From positions 2,688,001-2,752,000 of the forward strand of contig CBDCWI010000002.1 of the NCBI GenBank assembly GCA_965223325.1: a stretch of DNA of 64,000 nt, written 5' to 3'. This DNA comes from Candidatus Multivoradales bacterium. GTDB lineage: Bacteria > Acidobacteriota > Thermoanaerobaculia > Multivoradales > Multivoraceae. The notes beneath the pieces are model-generated. The model had not been told where the DNA came from, ran no database searches, and saw only the letters and a list, made by a program, of their open reading frames with translations. Each line of letters opens with the position of its first letter. The first letter of the stretch is position 1. Positions 59,473 to 64,000 of this stretch are shown here, one piece after another. A program made the position numbers and the translations under genes.

Positions 59473-59751
59473 ATGACCCCGGTCGATGCGCCGGGCGACA
59501 CTGGGGTCGCTACGAGGTCCGCTACGGGGAACCCGGGGTTCCTCGATCGCCTTCACGGCCATTCTCGGGCGACGGCAGGCATCGCGTTCGCGTTGGTCTT
59601 GCGCTATGGGCTGGACTTGCTCCTCGAGACCCCATATGCCTACATCGTCATGGCGCTGGGCATGAGCCTGGTAGTTGGCCTGGCCTCAGGGGTCCTTCCG
59701 GCCGAGAAGGCGGCTGCTCTCGCGCCGATCGACGCGGCGCGCGCCGAATAA
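59473..59751 (+). pseudogene. Remnant of an ABC-transporter permease (FtsX/MacB-type C-terminus)
   Basis: Ends 'SLVVGLASGVLPAEKAAALAPIDAARAE', typical of the last TM and tail of MacB/FtsX permeases; no upstream domains. Confidence 0.6.
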
Positions 59752-59819
59752 AGCGAACCGCCATTGGCAGCGCCATAGCTCCCCGGCCCGCGCGGCCTCG
59801 TGGGGCCTCCCCGTTCGGA

Positions 59820-62800
59820 TCATTCTCCGAGCCAACGGTGCGGTAGCGGTTGGCGGTGACTTCGGCTCTCGACCAGGAAGTGCAGCACCGGAACCACCAG
59901 CAGAGTGAGCGCGGTCGAAGCCAGGGCGCCGAACATGAGAGCAATCGCCAGTCCCTGGAAGATCGGGTCGAACAGAATCACCACCGCGCCAACGACCACG
60001 GTGCCAGCAGTCAGGAGAATCGGTCGCAAGCGGGTCGCTCCGGCTGCGACGACCGCTTCGCCGAGCGTCATGCCCCCGGCCTCCGAGAGGTGGACGAAAT
60101 CGATCAGCAGAACCGAGTTGCGCACCATGATCCCGGCGAGAGCGATGAAGCCGATCATCGAGGTGGCGGTGAAGAAGGCACCGAAAACGAAGTGGCCCGG
60201 GAGCACGCCGACCAGACCTAGAGGGATCGCAACCATCATCACCAGTGGCGTCCGGAATGAGCGGAACCAGCCGATGAGTAGCACGTAGATCAGCACCAGG
60301 ACGAGTCCGAAGGCGGCGCCGAGATCGCGGAAGACTTCATAGGTGATCTGCCATTCACCGTCCCATTTGAGGGCCGGGCGATCGGTGTTCTCGGGCTCGG
60401 CGCGATAGTGCTGTGTGACGGAGCCCCCAAACTCCTTTTCGATCTCGCGGCTCATCTCGAGGATCGCGTACACCGGGCTCTCCGACTCTCCAGCGACGTC
60501 CGATAGGACGTACACCACCGGCCGGAGATTCTTGCGATGCCGGCTGCGCTCGCGCGGCCGCTCCTCGAGCGTCGTCAACTCGCTCACCGGCACCAGGGAT
60601 CCCCCTTCCGAAGCGAGCCGCAAAGCGCCAAGACGCTCGGGACTCGACCGTGCCGATCGTGGGACCCGGAGTTCGACAGGGACCGGTTCCTCCGCGGCTT
60701 CACGGTGGAGTAGCCCGACCTTCTCGCCAGCGACGGCGAGGCGTAGCGCGCGGGCAACCCGCGCCTCCGGAACGCCGGCCAGCGCAGCCTTCTGTGGATC
60801 GACCGCATAGCTCAGCTTGCGCTGCTCGGCCTCTGGGGTCCAGTCGACGTCGACCACATCGGCGGCCCGGGCGAAGATCGACAAGACTCCCTCGGCGGTT
60901 ACCAGACGTTCCTCCTGGCTTGGGCCGTAGATCTCGGCCACCACGGTCGAAAGTACGGGCGGCCCGGGCGGTACCTCGAGTACCTTGATCGCCGCGCCGT
61001 GCTTCGAGGCGACCTCCTGGAGGGGGGCACGCAGTCTTCGGGCAATGGTGTGGCTCTGGGCGCTTCGTCTTGACTTGTGCGACAGGTTGACCTGGAGATC
61101 CGCGACGTGGGCACCACGACGCAGGTCGTAGTGCCGCACCAGGCCACTGAATCCGATCGGCGCTGCAACACCGCTGTAGATCTGCACATCAGTGACCTCG
61201 GGCGACGCGACGAGGACCTCGGCGAGGTCAGTACCCACCGCGTGCGTCGTGGCTAGCGTGGTTCCCTCCGGCATGTCCACGATTACCTGGAACTCACTCT
61301 TGTTGTCGAACGGCAGCATCTTGACGTTCACCAGGCCTAGCGGGACCATCGCCACTGAGACCAGAAGGGCTGCGACGACCAGCGCGAGCATCATGAACGA
61401 GCGTCGGCGATGCACCAGCAAGGGCACCAGCAGACGCTCGTAGAGACGGTAGAGACGGCTTTCGGAGCCGATCTCGTGGTCGGCGTCCGCGCCGCGGGTT
61501 CCCTCGTCGGTGGCGGCCACCGCCGCGTCCGGCTCCCGTTCGCGGACCAGAATGCGGTAGGCGAACCAGGGCGTAACCACCAGCGCGACGAGCAGGGAAA
61601 AGCCCATCGCCAGCGACGCACCGGTGGGCATAGGCTCCATGTAGGGACCCATCAAACCGCGGACGAAAGCCATCGGAAGCACGGCAACAATCACCGTGAG
61701 GGTCGCGAGGATGGTCGGGTTGCCGACCTCCTGAACCGCGGCGACCGCGACATCGCGCACGGCCGAGCCCTGCATTGCTACGCCCTTGGCGCGTGCCCGC
61801 GCGACATGGCGCACGATATTCTCGACGACAATGATCGAGTCGTCGACGACGATCCCGGTGACGAAGATGAGTGCGAACAGCGTCACCCGGTTCAGGGTGT
61901 AGCCGAAGGTGTAGTAGACGAATAGGGTGAGTGCGAACGAAACCGGCACCGAGATAAACACCACCAACGCGCCGCGCCATCCCAGCGCCAGTCCGATGAG
62001 GATCGAAACCGAGACGATGGCGAGGACGAGATGCCGTAGCAGTTCCATCGCCTTCTCGTTCGCCGTTTCACCGTAGTTGCGGGTGATGGCGACCTCGATC
62101 TCGTCCGGAATCAGAATGCCCCGTGCCTGCTCGACGGCCTGGAGCACCCGGTTGGCGACCTTGTAGGCGTCGGCGCCCTTGCGCTTGGCGAGGGTGAGAG
62201 TGACCGCGGGGTAGAGCGGCGAGATACCCTCGGGGTGGGCGGCGCCCCGGCGAGTCATGACGAGGTTGTCAGTGTCGGTTGGCCCCTCGAGCACGCTCGC
62301 TACCTGGTCGAGAGCGATCGGTCGCGGTCCTGAGGCTGACGGTTTCACACCGAGGATTCGCTCGCCGACCTCCTCTGGAGTCTCGAAAAGCGCGCCTCCC
62401 TCGATCAACACCTCCTGATTGGCACGCGAGACCGCTCCCGCCACCACGGCCCGGTTGCCGACCATGAGCCGATCGGCGACCTGGGTAGGTCCGAGTCCGG
62501 AGGCCGCCAGTGCTTCAGGGTCGAGTTCGAGTCGCAACGCCCGCGGATGACCGCCGATGATCTCGACCCTGGCAACGTCGTCGAGGGCGCTCAGGCGCCG
62601 GCGAAGTTCGCCGGCGAGCCTGCGCAAAGAATCCGAGTCCCAGCGTTCGGGCGCCTCCGGACTCGACAGGGTGAGCGCAAGAATCGGCACGTCGTCGATG
62701 CTGCGGGAACGCACAAGCGGCACGGTCGCTCCGGGAGGCACGGCGTCGAGCCCTCTGATCAGCTTCTCGTAGACCTTGACCAGGCTGCGCTCGAGATCCT

Positions 62801-63110
62801 CACCGACCTCGAAGCGCACCGTCAGCAACGACTTCTCGAGCATCGAGGTGGAGTACACGTATTCGACGCCGGGTACTGCCCACAAGCGACGCTCGAGCGG
62901 CAACGTGATGCGGCTCTCGACCTCGAGCGGGCTCGCGCCCGGCATGCCCACCATGACGTCCACCATGGGGACGACGATCTGAGGCTCTTCCTCGCGCGGC
63001 GTCAGGATCACCGCGAGAACACCGAGTGCCAGGGCCACTGTGACCAGGAGCGGGGTCAACTTGGAGTCGACAAAGGCGGCCGCCAGCCGGCCCGCCGGAC
63101 CCGACCTCAT
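59820..63110 (-). CDS. RND efflux transporter permease (AcrB/CzcA superfamily)
   Basis: 'PREEEPQI', 'GIVVDDSIIVVENI', 'GIMVRNSVLLIDF', 'RLRPILLT'. Confidence 0.94.
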   Translation of the reverse strand: MRSGPAGRLAAAFVDSKLTPLLVTVALALGVLAVILTPREEEPQIVVPMVDVMVGMPGASPLEVESRITLPLERRLWAVPGVEYVYSTSMLEKSLLTVRFEVGEDLERSLVKVYEKLIRGLDAVPPGATVPLVRSRSIDDVPILALTLSSPEAPERWDSDSLRRLAGELRRRLSALDDVARVEIIGGHPRALRLELDPEALAASGLGPTQVADRLMVGNRAVVAGAVSRANQEVLIEGGALFETPEEVGERILGVKPSASGPRPIALDQVASVLEGPTDTDNLVMTRRGAAHPEGISPLYPAVTLTLAKRKGADAYKVANRVLQAVEQARGILIPDEIEVAITRNYGETANEKAMELLRHLVLAIVSVSILIGLALGWRGALVVFISVPVSFALTLFVYYTFGYTLNRVTLFALIFVTGIVVDDSIIVVENIVRHVARARAKGVAMQGSAVRDVAVAAVQEVGNPTILATLTVIVAVLPMAFVRGLMGPYMEPMPTGASLAMGFSLLVALVVTPWFAYRILVREREPDAAVAATDEGTRGADADHEIGSESRLYRLYERLLVPLLVHRRRSFMMLALVVAALLVSVAMVPLGLVNVKMLPFDNKSEFQVIVDMPEGTTLATTHAVGTDLAEVLVASPEVTDVQIYSGVAAPIGFSGLVRHYDLRRGAHVADLQVNLSHKSRRSAQSHTIARRLRAPLQEVASKHGAAIKVLEVPPGPPVLSTVVAEIYGPSQEERLVTAEGVLSIFARAADVVDVDWTPEAEQRKLSYAVDPQKAALAGVPEARVARALRLAVAGEKVGLLHREAAEEPVPVELRVPRSARSSPERLGALRLASEGGSLVPVSELTTLEERPRERSRHRKNLRPVVYVLSDVAGESESPVYAILEMSREIEKEFGGSVTQHYRAEPENTDRPALKWDGEWQITYEVFRDLGAAFGLVLVLIYVLLIGWFRSFRTPLVMMVAIPLGLVGVLPGHFVFGAFFTATSMIGFIALAGIMVRNSVLLIDFVHLSEAGGMTLGEAVVAAGATRLRPILLTAGTVVVGAVVILFDPIFQGLAIALMFGALASTALTLLVVPVLHFLVESRSHRQPLPHRWLGE

Positions 63111-64000
63111 CGTGCCTCCGGTCCATCGGCCACCGTGTCGAGAGAGGCGCGTCGCGTGCGGGCTCCGTCGAGGAGACCGGAGGGCGGTTCGACCGCATAG
63201 AGGTCGCCAGGTTCGAGCCCCGCGAGGATCGACACGAACTCCCCGTCCGCGGTGGTCTGGCCGGTTTCGACATAGCGCAGGGCGACGCGGTCTGGGCTCT
63301 TGTTCTCTCCAGGCCGGAGAAGGAAAAGCGCTTCGAGCTGGCCTCGCCTGACCACTGCACTGCGGCGAACCAGGAGCTCCTCAGAACCCTCGCTGGCCTC
63401 CCCGGGAGCGGCCCGTCTCGCAAAGAAGAGGCGCGCGAAAGCCCCCGAGCGCAGCTCCGTGGCCCGTGGGGCAGAGGCTTCGAGATCCTCGGGGGGTTCA
63501 AGGCGGGCTTTCACGGTGACCGTACGCGATCCAGGGTCGGCGACCCCGACGATCTGGGAGATCTCTGCCGGCCACTCTGTTCCCGCAATCTCGGCGGTCA
63601 CTTTGTCGCCGATCGCCAGCGCGCCGACCGTCGCCGTGGCGACCTCGGCAATCACCTCGAGCTCACGAGGGTCTTCGACAACGAAAGCGGGAGTTCCGGG
63701 CACCGTCGTGTCGCCGACTTCGACGAACTTCTCGACCACGATTCCTTCGAGCGGGCTCAGGATCTCGGCGTCCTTGCGCCGCGAGCGCGCCGCCGCCAGG
63801 CCGGAGCGGGCGGCCTCGAGCGCTGCAGCGGCGGTGAGCAACCGCGCTGCCGCGTCTTCGCGCGCCCTGTCGGTCACCGACCCTCGTTGGTGAAGGGAAC
63901 GCATCCGTCGGTCGTGGGTCTGTGCGTTGGTGTGCTCGGCCTCGGCCATCGCGACGGCCGCTGTGGCCTGGCCGACCATCGCGTCGAGGTCTCCCGTGTC
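63107..64000 (-). CDS. RND periplasmic adaptor (membrane fusion protein), N-terminus outside the window
   Basis: Coiled-coil hairpin, 'EILSPLEGIV...VEVGD', 'ADPGSRTV.VK', 'LRSGAFAR', 'AGLEPGD'; stop overlaps the permease start. Confidence 0.9.
   Translation of the reverse strand, partial: DTGDLDAMVGQATAAVAMAEAEHTNAQTHDRRMRSLHQRGSVTDRAREDAAARLLTAAAALEAARSGLAAARSRRKDAEILSPLEGIVVEKFVEVGDTTVPGTPAFVVEDPRELEVIAEVATATVGALAIGDKVTAEIAGTEWPAEISQIVGVADPGSRTVTVKARLEPPEDLEASAPRATELRSGAFARLFFARRAAPGEASEGSEELLVRRSAVVRRGQLEALFLLRPGENKSPDRVALRYVETGQTTADGEFVSILAGLEPGDLYAVEPPSGLLDGARTRRASLDTVADGPEAR

Noticed and set aside
161-63893. Numerous overlapping and antisense ORFs in the track (Arg/Pro/Ser-rich)
   Set aside because: They are shadow frames of real genes in GC-rich DNA and show no family motifs.

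Overview
GC-rich bacterial chromosomal window. The gene content tentatively suggests Acidobacteriota (inference from DUF6152/DUF6644, CRTAC1/ASPIC-UnbV, CSLREA and 'F.DDFESxG..SWS' C-terminal motif proteins). It is mostly ordinary core and catabolic genes: a left-end run of large secreted proteins, polA, an NSS transporter, a small glycan-modification cluster, an acyl-CoA dehydrogenase/alkyl-sulfatase/F420-type LLM operon, pyrF, an S9 peptidase, a DUF6152/DUF6644/cytochrome c cluster, rtcB-USP-Rv2004c-like genes and an RND pair. The striking non-coding feature is two long tandem-repeat arrays about 10 kb apart on opposite strands: A, 325-bp units at 19613-22453, and B, 305-bp units at 32441-34172. 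They are diverged homologues and end at the same internal position, 5-6 bp past a convergent gene's AAC-TAG stop. Each carries in its units a short array-specific segment complementary to that array's own unique flank. An apparently complete RT-encoding group II intron (20381-22290, minus strand) is inserted precisely into the conserved core of one array-A unit, and its putative EBS1 matches that core. No transposase or integrase is visible in the window. All family assignments come from motif recognition by eye, not database searches.
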